Shown: in pieces, positions 39,989 through 54,392 of the stretch
Layout: each line of letters opens with the position of its first letter
Position numbering within the stretch: the stretch's first letter is position 1
Assembly: GCA_946222675.1 (NCBI GenBank)
Contig: CAMIMA010000001.1
Location: forward strand, 29,807-93,806
Origin: an uncultured Candidatus Saccharibacteria bacterium
Lineage (GTDB): Bacteria > Patescibacteriota > Saccharimonadia > Saccharimonadales > Saccharimonadaceae
Length of the DNA stretch: 64,000 nt
Reading direction: 5' to 3'
Made by a program: the position numbers and the translations under genes
The notes under the pieces: model-generated
The model's input: only the letters and a program-made list of their open reading frames with translations
What the model was told of the DNA's origin: nothing
The model's database searches: none

Positions 39989-41464
39989 CTACTTCTTACT
40001 CACTAAGGTGCTGCGGAGGTCCGCCAAGCTATCAATAAACTGGTTGCGGAGGTTAGCAACGTCGCCAAAATAGGTATCCAATCGCTTCGACTCGTCGGTA
40101 ATTTTCATCATTAGCCCAAACACTGCGCCAAAGTCACTCATATCATCAGACTGCTTTGACGAGCCCTTTGGTTGCTCCTTCGCAAACGTAGAAACCAAAT
40201 TATACAGGTCGTCAACCAGATCATTTGCTAACTTGTTGAATTCTTTATCGCTTGACTTATGGCTACTCATCTCAGCCTTGAGCTTCTTGACCAAGACCAG
40301 CCCCTTTTGCATTTTTTTCTTGTATTCAGGCGAATTGGAATTGATACCATTAGTGTTAAACTCCTTCATGTCTTTCGCATACTTGTTTAATATTTTGAAA
40401 AACTTCGTGGCGGCATCAGCATGGTTAATGAATTTCTCATAGACTTCTTTAGTGGCATCTACCTTTTCCGCCACAATCTTGTTGTCGAAGGTGTTGCGGT
40501 TATTGATAATCTGCTTCATGGTGGCGCGATACTTGGCAATGCCCTCGGCTGGCGTCTTCACCGCCTTGAACAACGTTTTATCTGGAGCATCGCCGGTCTT
40601 AGTGAAGAAATTCTGCATTTCATCGCTTGTCATCGAATTATTGTCAGAAAAGTTCACCTCTTTCTTTTTGGCGACATTTTTTACACTGTCGATGGCGGTA
40701 ATAGCGCCACTGTACGCCTGTGCGCGCAAAACCATTCTGATACCGAACACACCCACCACTAACAAAACCACGGCAGCGGCGGCCACAGCTGAATAAATAA
40801 TTGTCTTGTTCGGCTTCTTCTTGCTATCGGCAGCATTCGCAGCGGCGGCAAAGTCAGGCATAGAAGTCACAGCCGGAGCGGTGATTATCGGGTTTGGCTG
40901 AGCTGGCGCCGGCTGGGCTGGCTGGAATGATTGGGTTGGCTGTACGGACGAAGCTGGCTGAGATGATGGAGCTGACTGGAATGTTGATTCAACCGTTTGG
41001 GCTGATGATTGGAATGTTGACTGCGCATCTTGAGGCTTCGGCTGGACCGGCTGAGCTGATGGCTGGAATACTGTAGTTGGCTGAGACGACTGAGCTGGTT
41101 GGGCTAACTCTGGCGCGACAGGCTGAATTGCCGCGTTGTACCGCATTGGCTGGGTGGTCTGAGTTGGTTGCTGAGACTGGTCTAGATGCTGGGTCTGCAC
41201 TTGTACTTGTGACGCCGACTGAGTTGATTGAGTCAACTGAGACGCTTGAAATACTGGTTGCGTTGCCGGCTGCACCGGCTGAGCCGCTGGCTGAAATATT
41301 TTAGTCGGTTGAACTACTTGAGCTGGCTGCACTGTTAATTGAGCCGGTTGGTCCTGTTGAACTGGCTGTGCTGATGGCTGAAACGCCGACTGAGTTGATG
41401 GTTGGGCTGCTGGCTGGTCTGGTTGGTCATCCCTACTCCAGACGTTAAATGGATCGCTTTGCAT
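39989..41464 (-). CDS. Pro/Gln-rich membrane-anchored protein (N-terminal MQSDPFNVWSR, one TM, C-terminal helical domain); paralog of 41531..42772.
   Basis: The 491 aa ORF has a low-complexity Q/P/A/S N-terminal half and a TM segment SAVAAAAVVLLVVGVFGI. C-terminal blocks (AIDSVKNVAKKKEV; TLFKAVKTPAEGIAKYRATMKQI; YEKFINHADAATKFF) are shared with 41531. Confidence 0.65.
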   Translation of the reverse strand: MQSDPFNVWSRDDQPDQPAAQPSTQSAFQPSAQPVQQDQPAQLTVQPAQVVQPTKIFQPAAQPVQPATQPVFQASQLTQSTQSASQVQVQTQHLDQSQQPTQTTQPMRYNAAIQPVAPELAQPAQSSQPTTVFQPSAQPVQPKPQDAQSTFQSSAQTVESTFQSAPSSQPASSVQPTQSFQPAQPAPAQPNPIITAPAVTSMPDFAAAANAADSKKKPNKTIIYSAVAAAAVVLLVVGVFGIRMVLRAQAYSGAITAIDSVKNVAKKKEVNFSDNNSMTSDEMQNFFTKTGDAPDKTLFKAVKTPAEGIAKYRATMKQIINNRNTFDNKIVAEKVDATKEVYEKFINHADAATKFFKILNKYAKDMKEFNTNGINSNSPEYKKKMQKGLVLVKKLKAEMSSHKSSDKEFNKLANDLVDDLYNLVSTFAKEQPKGSSKQSDDMSDFGAVFGLMMKITDESKRLDTYFGDVANLRNQFIDSLADLRSTLVSKK

Positions 41465-41530
41465 AGTGTTAATATCCTTTTTGTTTAAGCTTATACCTAT
41501 ATAATAAACTATTTTTCCGATAATACAACC

Positions 41531-42772
41531 CTACTTTTGCCGCTTAGCGACCTCGTCGCGGAAATACGCGAGGCTATCGACGAATCGGTTGCGATAGTCC
41601 ACCGTGTCATTAATGTATTTGTTCATTTCTACCGACTTTTGCGCCACATCCGACGCAGCGGCCCGCATCCCTGCCTTGTCGAACAATTCCTCATCAATCT
41701 TCGGGTGGATTTTGCCGTATTCCACGATGTGCTGCATAAATTTATTTAGCGAGCCAACCGAATTCTGCACTATTTTGTCGAACTTCTTGTCACCCGAATC
41801 AAGGTCGGAAACCTTGTCGTTTATCCGGCTGACGGCGGCGGCGATATGGTTGTACTGCTCCAGCGTGCCTGAGGTGTAGTCGGTGAAGCCCTTCTCGACA
41901 TCCGTGATGTCCGCCGCGCAGAGAGTGAAGTACTTCGTGGCGGCCGTGGCGTGCCGGTTGAACTGGTCGTAAATCGACTTGGTCGTCGCGAACTTTTGAG
42001 CAAGATTTTTATCGCTCGAAATAGTGTGGTTGGCGGACAGCTTGTCCATCGCAGCCTTGTACTTAGCGAGGCCATCCTCCGGACTTTTCGCCGCGTTAAA
42101 GAGCGTCTCGTCAGGCGACTTGTTAGTCTCCGTGAAGAAGACCTTGATTTTCTCCATCTGAACAGAGGTGATGCCGTAGGTGTCAACGCCGACTTTCACC
42201 TCCTTGCTGTACGCCACGCCCTTGACGCTGTCAATCGCCGCGATGGCGTCAGCATAACCCTTGCCACCGAGCAGAAGCACTGCCAACGTTGCCGCCAACA
42301 CTACCACGGCCGCGGTCAAGACACCCGCAATCGTATAAATAATTGACTTGTTCGATTTGGGATTCGCCGGGGATGACTGTGATAGCTGAAGTGGTTGAGA
42401 TGATGAGAAGGGGTGCGGTTGTGTCTGTGGCGCTGGGGCTAGCTGCTGAGGCTGCGACTGTGTCTGGAGCGCTGGGACTGATTGGAATTCCGGCTTAGGC
42501 TGTGACGCTGGCTGAACAGGCTGCGCAAACTGAGGCGACTGCGCCGTCAATGGGGTTTGCTGAGGTTGGAATTGCGGCGTCGACTGAAAATTCTGCAGGG
42601 GTTGCGGGTCCGACTGTAATGATAGCATCGACTGCACTGCTGGTTGAGACGCCGCGGCCGGATGAAGCGATTGAGGTACTGGCTGGACATTAGTCTGGTC
42701 ATTAAACTGCTGCGCGTCGGCCTCTGCTACTTTGCGGGCTCTATTCAAGACGTTAAATGGATCGCTTGGCAT
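41531..42772 (-). CDS. Pro/Gln-rich membrane-anchored protein (N-terminal MPSDPFNVLNR); paralog of 39989..41464.
   Basis: 413 aa with the same architecture and the conserved blocks AIAAIDSVKGVAYSKEV; TLFNAAKSPEDGLAKYKAAMDKL; YDQFNRHATAATKYF. Confidence 0.65.
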   Translation of the reverse strand: MPSDPFNVLNRARKVAEADAQQFNDQTNVQPVPQSLHPAAASQPAVQSMLSLQSDPQPLQNFQSTPQFQPQQTPLTAQSPQFAQPVQPASQPKPEFQSVPALQTQSQPQQLAPAPQTQPHPFSSSQPLQLSQSSPANPKSNKSIIYTIAGVLTAAVVVLAATLAVLLLGGKGYADAIAAIDSVKGVAYSKEVKVGVDTYGITSVQMEKIKVFFTETNKSPDETLFNAAKSPEDGLAKYKAAMDKLSANHTISSDKNLAQKFATTKSIYDQFNRHATAATKYFTLCAADITDVEKGFTDYTSGTLEQYNHIAAAVSRINDKVSDLDSGDKKFDKIVQNSVGSLNKFMQHIVEYGKIHPKIDEELFDKAGMRAAASDVAQKSVEMNKYINDTVDYRNRFVDSLAYFRDEVAKRQK

Positions 42773-43020
42773 AAATATCCTTTTTGTTTAAGCTTATACC
42801 ACCATGTTACCACACCCCGTCGCGCCAGCGCAAACCGTACGGAAATTTGGGCATTAGCAAGCCAAACTAGTCGTGTGGCGCCGGAGAACTCTTAAAGCCT
42901 CGTCTCTTGCCCCGAACAAGCACGCGATGGATCTGCCGGCGAACGCCTCTGTTCCTCTTATTGTCTGGAGCCAGAACGGCGGCATTCCAATTCGGTACGC
43001 CACCACCACTGCATTTGGTG

Positions 43021-45156
43021 CTACACCGTAGGCGCGAGCGCGACGCGGAACGCAGTGTTGTTGCTGCTTTGGCCATCGAAACTGTCGACGTAGAAGATGC
43101 CACTATTCAAGCCTCGAGCCTCGCCACCCCGTAAGAACCAATGATAAGATGGATAATTCTGCCCTAAGAGATAGGCCGTTTGGTTAAGCCACATACTAGA
43201 TCCGGTACTACTTGAACCATTGTGAGTTTCATAGAGAGCTTGGCCACCACAGGTTTGGTAGGTACATGAGTTGAAGTCTTTAAAGTTGTATGTGTTGACG
43301 TATGGTGGGTGAGCAGCGTTAGAACCAAAGTACTGGTTGGTGTCTGAGTTATATAAGTTATCACTGTAACTAGCTGCAGTGAATTCATAGCTACCGCCAG
43401 ACATGTCGTAGATGCCATAGACATTGTTGGTGGTACTGGCGAGTTGACCAAGGGTGCCGTTATAAGCACGCTGTGGGTCGCTTGAACTACAAGCAGATTG
43501 AGTGCCAAGAGCGCCTCCGCCACGGTAACTGCTGGTATTGCCGTTAGCTTGTGGGCCGCAACCGGTAGTACCATAAGTATATTCCTTGCCGTTATCGTGG
43601 CTATCGTCCTGGCTGTTTATTTGGACGCCGTTATAGCCGGCACCGTACTTACTGGCGCTGAGATAAGTTGCAGCACCCCAGTCGTTATTGTTAGCCATAT
43701 GGGAACTAAGTTTAACAAGATGGTGATTGTTTTGAGATGGTACTGTGTAATCTGTTTTACCGCCAAAATTATTGCTATCTACTACACCAAAAGTTTTAGC
43801 AGTAGTATACATACGACCGATATTGTATGATGCAGTGTACCAACCAGACATGTGAGCTTCGTTTGGCAAGATAGTTGGTTGAGTGTCAGTGCCGGTGGTT
43901 TCAAACTTAGCAAACCAGATACCGTTGAGCTCCTTGCTGCCGAAAGTGAAGGCTGGGTGGGTAGCCCAAGTGCCGGCGTTGCTTGGCTGGCCCTTGATGT
44001 AACTGCGGTCGAGGTTACACTGGGTGCGGTAATCTTTACCGGTCGTGCCACAGGCAGCTGGGTGACGCTTTGGTGTGGTCTTCTTTTCAAAGCTAATCAG
44101 GAAATTCTGGGCTGGTACCGGATTATCTGTGCCGTCACGGCGCATGACTTCATAAGCATAGCGTGGGATGTAGACCCAGTAACCGAGGATGTCGGCTTGG
44201 TCAACTACCTTAGTCTGATTCTTATATTTACTTGGGTCCTTCACTGTTACAGCGTTCGCCCACTGCTTGTTATTGTAGTTATACCAGTTACCTTGATTGG
44301 AACTATCCTCGGGGTTCGCGAGGCTGGTCCACTGAGCATTAGTGGTGCTGCCAGTGTACTTAACTGGTATCATATTGGCATCTAGGTCGACTTGGCAGTC
44401 GTTCTGCGGGTCACCCGATTTGCAGGTGGTTGGGTCAACGGTTGGCGCTGGTTTTGGTTTAGCAGTGGCCGTGTACATAATGGCGGTGCTATAACTACCA
44501 CTGGCGAGCTTTGCTGGATCGACGTTGGCCGCAAAAGTGACGGACTTGGTGCAGTTCGCAGGGTTAGTGCATCCGGCTGGCTTAGCTTTGGTGACGTCGG
44601 CCACCACGGCTGGGGTAGCTTGGGCGCCGGCTGGGACGGCGCTAAAGGTCGTGGCAGACTTATTGAGAGAATAGCCCCACTGGTTGGCATTTAATGCAAC
44701 TGGTGTGGCGCTTGGGGTGGCAGAAATTTTGTGAGTCGAGTCTTTACTGTTTATAAGGTCAGCAGTATCGGCTTGCATAGTGAGATTAAAGCCGTAAGGT
44801 TTGCCAGTTGTAACCTTAACGTTTGTGGTGGCTTTATAGAGTGTGCCGGTTGGTTGGAGTGCTGCATTCTGGTCAACCGCGATGCTAACGGTGTTATCGT
44901 CAGCAGCATAGACTGGTGCAGTGAGGATAAATGGCACAGCAACTAAAGCAAACAGACCAAACGCCGCCCCGCGGGCGAGACCGCCCGCTAATAAATTCTT
45001 ATAATTGGCTTGGCTATCGGCTACCGACGCAAAGTTATGGTTAGCTGTTGGTGCCAAGGGCGCCGGAGTGGCTATTTTACCCCTACTTTTAGTAGTTTGA
45101 GATAAGAGGCTTAAAAGTCTACCCCCCCCGCAGCTGTTAAGTCTTAGTATATTCAT
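43021..45156 (-). CDS. Large secreted surface protein of family B (shared N-terminal domain plus FGE-sulfatase-like C-terminal domain); a G8 tract lies in the N-terminal coding region.
   Basis: The likely start is MNILRLNSCGGGRLLS (ATG 45154-45156) with the conserved TGTTATAGC promoter region upstream. Conserved blocks include CQVDLDANMIPVKYTGSTTNAQWTSLANPED and HPAFTFGSKELNGIWFAKFETTG. The C-terminus is FLRGGEARGLNSGIFYVDSFDGQSSNNTAFRVALAP. Confidence 0.7.
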   Translation of the reverse strand: MNILRLNSCGGGRLLSLLSQTTKSRGKIATPAPLAPTANHNFASVADSQANYKNLLAGGLARGAAFGLFALVAVPFILTAPVYAADDNTVSIAVDQNAALQPTGTLYKATTNVKVTTGKPYGFNLTMQADTADLINSKDSTHKISATPSATPVALNANQWGYSLNKSATTFSAVPAGAQATPAVVADVTKAKPAGCTNPANCTKSVTFAANVDPAKLASGSYSTAIMYTATAKPKPAPTVDPTTCKSGDPQNDCQVDLDANMIPVKYTGSTTNAQWTSLANPEDSSNQGNWYNYNNKQWANAVTVKDPSKYKNQTKVVDQADILGYWVYIPRYAYEVMRRDGTDNPVPAQNFLISFEKKTTPKRHPAACGTTGKDYRTQCNLDRSYIKGQPSNAGTWATHPAFTFGSKELNGIWFAKFETTGTDTQPTILPNEAHMSGWYTASYNIGRMYTTAKTFGVVDSNNFGGKTDYTVPSQNNHHLVKLSSHMANNNDWGAATYLSASKYGAGYNGVQINSQDDSHDNGKEYTYGTTGCGPQANGNTSSYRGGGALGTQSACSSSDPQRAYNGTLGQLASTTNNVYGIYDMSGGSYEFTAASYSDNLYNSDTNQYFGSNAAHPPYVNTYNFKDFNSCTYQTCGGQALYETHNGSSSTGSSMWLNQTAYLLGQNYPSYHWFLRGGEARGLNSGIFYVDSFDGQSSNNTAFRVALAPTV
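45122..45129. repeat. Homopolymeric C8 (G8 on the coding strand) encoding GGG in the N-terminus of the 43021 gene; in frame.
   Basis: Read directly from the sequence. Confidence 0.9.
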
Positions 45157-45239
45157 GTTGTTTTTGTCCTCCATTTTTACACCGTTTCCCTTAGATACCT
45201 GCATTATAGCACAAGCACAATAATTCGCCAAATCATAAC

Positions 45240-46979
45240 TTATTCAGGGCGTGGCGACAGCACCACGCGCAATTCGCTCTCCCCGACCAAGCCGAACGCA
45301 ACGCTCGAGTCTCTATCGGACGCTGAGGCGTTATACCCCAGCCAGTGCGTGCCGCTTTGGCGCCCCTGAGTGTCAGGGCGCAAAAATACATCCCGCTCGC
45401 CTCCCGCGGTGTCTTTACTCAAAATCTCGTACAGCGCCAGCCCACCACAGTCGCGCCAAGTGCAACTGCTGTAGTTAAACACCTTCAGCTGCTCAAAATA
45501 CGGCGCCACCGGCAGCTCCTCGAAGTTCTTCTTTATTACTCGGTCGCGCGGCTCCGCCATCACGCCCGTCATCGCTATAGTGTTATAATAAGTGGTACTT
45601 AGGTCATATATGCCCGTCACATTGCCCGTACTACTGGCGGTCTGGCCGAGCTTGCCGTTGTATCCATGGTCAAAGTCGCGCTCCAAGCACGCCCGCTCAG
45701 TACCAAGCGGGCCGCCGTCGCCATAAGTCTCATGATATTTATAGTCGTCATCAGGGTTCGCCGGCTTAGCAATATACGGCCCGCAGCCAGTCACCGGACG
45801 GTCAAAGCTGCCCGTGTTGGTTTGCTCTGTCATATTGCGCTCAATGCCATTCCAGCGCCCCAAGCCGTACTTGCTGGCAGACAAGTAAAACACAGCGGCC
45901 ATTTCACTCCCCCGCGGCAAGCGCGAACTGTAGCTCGCCAAATGGTGCGAATTCTGCGGCGGCGCCTTAAAGTCGTGGCTGCCACCCACATTACCCTCAT
46001 CCTTCACGCCAAAAGTCTGCGCCGTCACATAAGCGCGGCCGACTGTCTTGTTCATCGCCACGTTGTTGCCAACGCCCAAGCTGTTCGGCAGAACAGTCGG
46101 CTGGTTGGCGTCGCCCGTCACTAGGAACTTGCCCACCCAAATGCCGTTCAGCTCCCTCTTGCCAAACGTAAAGGCGGGATGCGTCGCCCAATCGCCGGTC
46201 TTCTTCGGCTCCTCGCGCCTGACGTCAACGTTATCGAAGCGGATTTCAAACTGCAAGTGCTTCACCACTGGATCTTGTGGTGAGAAGCGCAACACTTTAT
46301 AGGAGTAACGCGGAATATACACCCAGAAGCCAAGAATGTCGGCTTGGTCGACCACTGCGCTCTTGCCCTTGTACTTACTCGGGTCCTTCACTGTCACAGC
46401 GTTCGCCCACTGCTTCTGCCCATAGTCGTACCACTCGCCTTGATGCGAAGCGTCCTCAGGCTTAGCCATACTTATCCACTCGGCATGGCCTGGCTTACCG
46501 GTGTAATGCACGGGTATCATGTTCGGATCAAGGTCAACCCGACACATATTCTGCTGGTCGCCCGAACGGCAATTGCGCACCGCGGCGGGCACATAATTTC
46601 GCTTCATCTGATAGCTGCTCTTTTGCGACGCACCGCGGAACACGCCAAACTTGTCTGCTAGCACATAAATAAACCCGCAGACCGCCACCACTAGTACGAC
46701 AATGCTCAATAATAATACTATTTTTAAAGACACGCGGTGGCTTGAATTATGATTGCGCGGTGGCACTTCAGCGGCTAACCCGCCAGTCGCCGAAACTGGC
46801 TGGCTAACCGGCGGCATAACCGGCGCCGGCTGGTTAGCTACTGGCATAGCCTGCACTGGTGGCACGGCTGACACCGGTTGGTTAGTCGACGCAAACTGAT
46901 TAGCCGTCATAGTCGGCAACACCGGCACTGCCGGCTGCTCTGACGCCGCTGGCGTCGTAAAGTCATCACCCTGTTGCAT
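45240..46979 (-). CDS. Membrane-anchored FGE-sulfatase-like domain protein: Pro-rich cytoplasmic N-terminus, one TM, and a shortened extracellular core related to family B.
   Basis: 579 aa with a TM segment IVLLLSIVVLVVAVCGFIYVL. It shares the core CRVDLDPNMIPVHYTGKPGHAEWISMAKPED...ADILGFWVYIPRYSYKVLRF...HPAFTFGKRELNGIWVGKFLVTG...SSVAFGLVGESELRVVLSP. Confidence 0.65.
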   Translation of the reverse strand: MQQGDDFTTPAASEQPAVPVLPTMTANQFASTNQPVSAVPPVQAMPVANQPAPVMPPVSQPVSATGGLAAEVPPRNHNSSHRVSLKIVLLLSIVVLVVAVCGFIYVLADKFGVFRGASQKSSYQMKRNYVPAAVRNCRSGDQQNMCRVDLDPNMIPVHYTGKPGHAEWISMAKPEDASHQGEWYDYGQKQWANAVTVKDPSKYKGKSAVVDQADILGFWVYIPRYSYKVLRFSPQDPVVKHLQFEIRFDNVDVRREEPKKTGDWATHPAFTFGKRELNGIWVGKFLVTGDANQPTVLPNSLGVGNNVAMNKTVGRAYVTAQTFGVKDEGNVGGSHDFKAPPQNSHHLASYSSRLPRGSEMAAVFYLSASKYGLGRWNGIERNMTEQTNTGSFDRPVTGCGPYIAKPANPDDDYKYHETYGDGGPLGTERACLERDFDHGYNGKLGQTASSTGNVTGIYDLSTTYYNTIAMTGVMAEPRDRVIKKNFEELPVAPYFEQLKVFNYSSCTWRDCGGLALYEILSKDTAGGERDVFLRPDTQGRQSGTHWLGYNASASDRDSSVAFGLVGESELRVVLSPRPE

Positions 46980-47035
46980 ACCTGCTTTAAGTATATCATA
47001 GCGCTTAAGGCAATAAAATATCTTGTTTCACCACC

Positions 47036-47062
47036 AAAAATACCCGCCGAAGCGGGTATTTA
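47036..47062 (-). terminator. Rho-independent terminator immediately downstream of the 16S rRNA.
   Basis: The minus-strand RNA reads aauacccgcuucggcggguauu followed by UUUGGUGGUG. Confidence 0.55.
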
Positions 47063-47203
47063 GGACAATCCAGTAGTGCAAGTCACTTTCCGTACATCAA
47101 GGTGAATTCTATCCATAAAATGTTATCTCGCGAATTCGATTCAAGATAACTGGACCGACCTGACTATTATTGGATGAACCAATAACGTCTGTTTACTCCC
47201 TAG

Positions 47204-48668
<1,465 letters not shown>

Positions 48669-49057
48669 GTAAAAGACTGTTTATTGCTAAACAGTACATT
48701 GTAGTTTTGAAACTAACATAAAAGATGTACTGACGAAATTGACTTGCACTACTAAATTGTAAATTTGCAGTCTAACTTGAGAGCCCGTTGAGCCTTGGCC
48801 CGTTCGATTTAACCTCTCGCGCTTGACTGATTATTATGTTACAGCATTTGAGACGCGGGGTCAACACTTTTTAGTCAAAAAATTGTAGTAAAATGTGCAA
48901 CGTATTGACGTCATAAATTATACCTCTGTTAATTGTCACACCAGCCAACTAGCACCGCAAAAATTACCCTTGATTTGGCTAAAATCTAACCCAAGCGGCG
49001 CAGTTCTTATATATATGTATATATAGGCGCGGCGGCAAACTATTATATATAGATAAC

Positions 49058-49086
49058 AAAAAATCTCGCCACATGGCGAGATTAGT
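49058..49086 (-). terminator. Rho-independent terminator after the gyrB-gyrA-DUF212 unit.
   Basis: The minus strand reads aatctcgccatgtggcgagatt followed by ttttttg. Confidence 0.6.
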
Positions 49087-49087
49087 T

Positions 49088-49594
49088 TTAGTGAACGATA
49101 AACCCGATAGCCAAGCCGACCAGCAGTCCGAGCAAGCCGCCCGCCGCCACTTCTTCCGGTAAGTGGCCGCGCGAGAAGTATGGCACATCAGTTTGCCGCC
49201 CCGTGTTCTTAAAAATCAGCTTGCTGTATTCTTCCTGCTTTTCCTTTGGCGCCTCGCTAATCATCTTCATCAGGACAAGCCCCTGCTCACCCACTGCACG
49301 CCGCACGTGCATCGCGTCGTAGGCCACAATCAGCATCAGCATGAAGGCCACGCCGAAGAGCGACGAACCTAGGCCCTCGCGCATACCAATCACCACGGTT
49401 AGCGCCACAATCGACGCCGTGTGGGTGCTCGGCATGTTGCCTGACGAGAAGAACTCGCGCAACGTCACACGCTTCTTACCCACCAGCAGCGATACCTTGG
49501 TTAGCTGTCCGATGATGTAGGCCGCCAGCGCCGCCCAAAGGTACGGCGAGCTGATGAGGCCTTTAAATTGTATTGTGATATAGTTAACGTCCAC
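49088..49594 (-). CDS. Divergent PAP2-family membrane protein (DUF212/YuiD-like).
   Basis: GNMPSTHTASIVAL matches the DUF212 PSSHTA motif. Several TM segments are present. Confidence 0.65.
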   Translation of the reverse strand: MDVNYITIQFKGLISSPYLWAALAAYIIGQLTKVSLLVGKKRVTLREFFSSGNMPSTHTASIVALTVVIGMREGLGSSLFGVAFMLMLIVAYDAMHVRRAVGEQGLVLMKMISEAPKEKQEEYSKLIFKNTGRQTDVPYFSRGHLPEEVAAGGLLGLLVGLAIGFIVH

Positions 49595-49606
49595 CCTGTT
49601 CTCCTT

Positions 49607-52174
49607 TTAGTTATCTTTTTCTGCTGCGTTATCGTCATCCTTAGCGCCATCGTCCGAGACTAGCCCGACCGACACCACTGAATCGTCTTCGTCAAGGCGC
49701 ATAATACGCACGCCCTGCGTGGTGCGACCAAGTGTTGGAATGTCATTCAAGCCGACCCGAATGGTCTGACCGCCTGCCGAAATAGCAATGATTTCAGAGG
49801 TGTCAACGTCAAGTGAGCGCGCGGCGATGATGTTGCCGGTCTTGGCAGTCACTACAGCGGCCTTAATACCGACGCCGCCCCGCTTATGCACTGGGAAGTT
49901 CGACACCTTTGTCTTCTTGCCGTAACCCTTCTCGCTCATAATCAAGAGACACTGGTCCTTCTGCGACTTATCAACCACGTCCATACCGACCACGCGGTCA
50001 CCTGGGCGCAAGCGCAAACCGCGCACGCCACGGGCACTGCGGCCGATTGGGCGAGCATCAGCCTCGCTGAACCGAATCGCCTGACCAAACGCTGTTGAAA
50101 TAATCACATCAGCATCACCTGACGTCTTACGCACCCAGCGCAATTCGTCGCCGTCGTCGAGCTTGATGGCAATCAAGCCGTTGGCGCGCACGGTCTCGTA
50201 CTCCTTGGCCAGTGTCTTCTTGATAGTACCATTGGTCGTAGCCATAAATAGGTAGCCGTCGCGGTGGTCAGCTTCGTCCTTGCTGTACTTCACAATTGAC
50301 GTCACCTTTTCGTTAGGCTGCAATTGTAGTAAGTTTACCAACGCTACACCCTTAGCCTGCAAGCTAGCGGCCGGCACATCGTAGGCACGGAGGCGGAAAA
50401 TGCGCCCCTTGTTCGTGAAGAAGCTGAGGTAATCGTGCGTGGTGGCCGTAATTAGCTGGTCAACAATATCCGATTCCTTAGTTGTCACGCCACGCTTGCC
50501 CTTGCCGCCACGATTCTGCTGGCGATAGGCTGTCATCGGCGTGCGCTTGATGTAATTTTCGCTTGTTAATAAAATTACAGCATCTTCCTCTGGTATTACG
50601 TCCTCATCTGCCATCTTACCCAACTCATGATTGATAATCTTGGTGCGGCGCGGGTCGTCATACTTCGTCTTTAGGTCGACTAATTCCTGACGAATGATAT
50701 CAAGAATCTTCTGCTCGTCCGCCAAAATTGCCTCCAATTCCTTAATGCGGCGATGCAACTCGTTTAGCTCATCCTCAATCGCCTGACGGTCAAGACCGGT
50801 CAACTTGCGCAACTGCATGGCCAAAATGGCACGCGCCTGAATTTCACTCAGGGCAAAACGCTCCATCAAGCCGTGCATGGCCGTATCGTAGTCTTTACTA
50901 CCACGAATCAGCTTAATGACTTCATCAATGTTATCAAGGGCAATCTTCAAGCCCTCCAAGATGTGAGCGCGCTCCTTAGCCTTCTTAAGCTCAAACTCTG
51001 TGCGACGACGCACCACAATGCGACGATGCTTGAGGTACTCATTTAGAATATCCTCCAGCCCCAGCACGCGCGGCTGAATGCCGTCAACTAGCGCCAACAT
51101 GTTGTAGTGGAAAGTGGTCTGCAACGCGGTATACTTGAACAACTGATTTAAAACTTTGTTCGGATAGGCATCCTTCTTGAGGTCAATCACCACGCGCACT
51201 TCGCCACGGGCAGATTCATCGCGAATGTCTTGAATGCCAACAATTTTCTTTTCGTTGACCATCTCGACAATCTTTTTTTGCAACGTCGCTTTATTTACAC
51301 CATACGGGATTTCCTTCACTACAATCTGGTGACGTCCACGCTTGGTTTCACAAATCTCCGTCACGGCGCGAATCACCACTGAACCGCGACCCGTCAAGTA
51401 AGCCTGCTTCATAGCTGGGCCAGCGTACACCACGCCACCAGTTGGGAAGTCCGGCCCCTTCACTATCTTTAAGAGGTCGTCAATCGTTGTGGCATCTGAA
51501 CCGTGGTCAATCAGGTAAATCACGGCATCACACAATTCACCCAAGTTGTGGGTTGGGATGTTGGTCGCCATACCAACGGCAATACCAACTTGGCCGTTCA
51601 GTAGTAAGTTCGGCAACTTAGCCGGCAATACCACTGGCTCCTGCAACTCACCATCATAGTTATCACGAAAGTCCACCGTCTCTTTATCGAGGTCAACCAA
51701 AAGCTCGGCGCCTGCTTTACCCATTCGCGCCTCAGTATAACGGCTAGCAGCTGGCGGGTCGCCATCCATCGAACCAAAGTTACCTTGGCCCTCCACTAGT
51801 GGATAGCGCATCACCCAATCCTGCGCCAAGCGCACCATAGCATCATAAATTGCCGAGTCGCCGTGCGGGTGATATTTACCCATCACATCACCGACAATAC
51901 GCGCCGACTTTACAAACTTAGTGCCGGGGCGCCAGCCATTTTTCTCCATGGTGTATAAAATACGACGGTGAATCGGCTTTAGGCCGTCACGCACATCTGG
52001 CAACGCGCGGTCAATAATAACCGACATTGAGTAGCGCAAATAGCTGTACTCCATCACGTCTTCCACAGTCTTGAGCTCCACCACGCGGGAATGCTGCGCT
52101 TGGCCGTTGACGGTCTCGCCAGTGGTTGGCACTGGTGTATTCTGATTTTCTTGATTCTCGTTCATCTCACTCAT
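49607..52174 (-). CDS. gyrA: DNA gyrase subunit A.
   Basis: Contains RYTEARMGK, the active-site Tyr region and the QRD/GyrA box; 855 aa. Confidence 0.95.
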   Translation of the reverse strand: MSEMNENQENQNTPVPTTGETVNGQAQHSRVVELKTVEDVMEYSYLRYSMSVIIDRALPDVRDGLKPIHRRILYTMEKNGWRPGTKFVKSARIVGDVMGKYHPHGDSAIYDAMVRLAQDWVMRYPLVEGQGNFGSMDGDPPAASRYTEARMGKAGAELLVDLDKETVDFRDNYDGELQEPVVLPAKLPNLLLNGQVGIAVGMATNIPTHNLGELCDAVIYLIDHGSDATTIDDLLKIVKGPDFPTGGVVYAGPAMKQAYLTGRGSVVIRAVTEICETKRGRHQIVVKEIPYGVNKATLQKKIVEMVNEKKIVGIQDIRDESARGEVRVVIDLKKDAYPNKVLNQLFKYTALQTTFHYNMLALVDGIQPRVLGLEDILNEYLKHRRIVVRRRTEFELKKAKERAHILEGLKIALDNIDEVIKLIRGSKDYDTAMHGLMERFALSEIQARAILAMQLRKLTGLDRQAIEDELNELHRRIKELEAILADEQKILDIIRQELVDLKTKYDDPRRTKIINHELGKMADEDVIPEEDAVILLTSENYIKRTPMTAYRQQNRGGKGKRGVTTKESDIVDQLITATTHDYLSFFTNKGRIFRLRAYDVPAASLQAKGVALVNLLQLQPNEKVTSIVKYSKDEADHRDGYLFMATTNGTIKKTLAKEYETVRANGLIAIKLDDGDELRWVRKTSGDADVIISTAFGQAIRFSEADARPIGRSARGVRGLRLRPGDRVVGMDVVDKSQKDQCLLIMSEKGYGKKTKVSNFPVHKRGGVGIKAAVVTAKTGNIIAARSLDVDTSEIIAISAGGQTIRVGLNDIPTLGRTTQGVRIMRLDEDDSVVSVGLVSDDGAKDDDNAAEKDN

Positions 52175-52186
52175 CTCTATCTCCTA

Positions 52187-54211
<2,025 letters not shown>

Positions 54212-54392
54212 TTACGCAATGTTTCTATTTTACCAATTTAATCTGATTAAGTCAATTATAAGCCATTTACAGCCGTTTTAAGGCGGCTAAACGCCATTTT
54301 GAACAATATAATTACACAATAAGCCCACTACCCTTCTAGCCCAAATACCTCAGTAAATGAGCTAGAATGTAGTGCAGGCTTCGCGCGCTTAG

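Noticed and set aside
40233-42895. Plus-strand ORFs within the Pro/Gln-rich membrane protein genes (for example 40421..40762, 40452..40796, 41951..42346).
   Set aside because: They are antisense to the paralogous pair and are biased by the low-complexity coding strand. No ribosome-binding sites or conservation.
43164-46661. Overlapping ORFs of 60-180 aa on both strands inside the 43021 and 45240 genes.
   Set aside because: They are alternative frames of long, conserved surface-protein genes. They lack independent signals.
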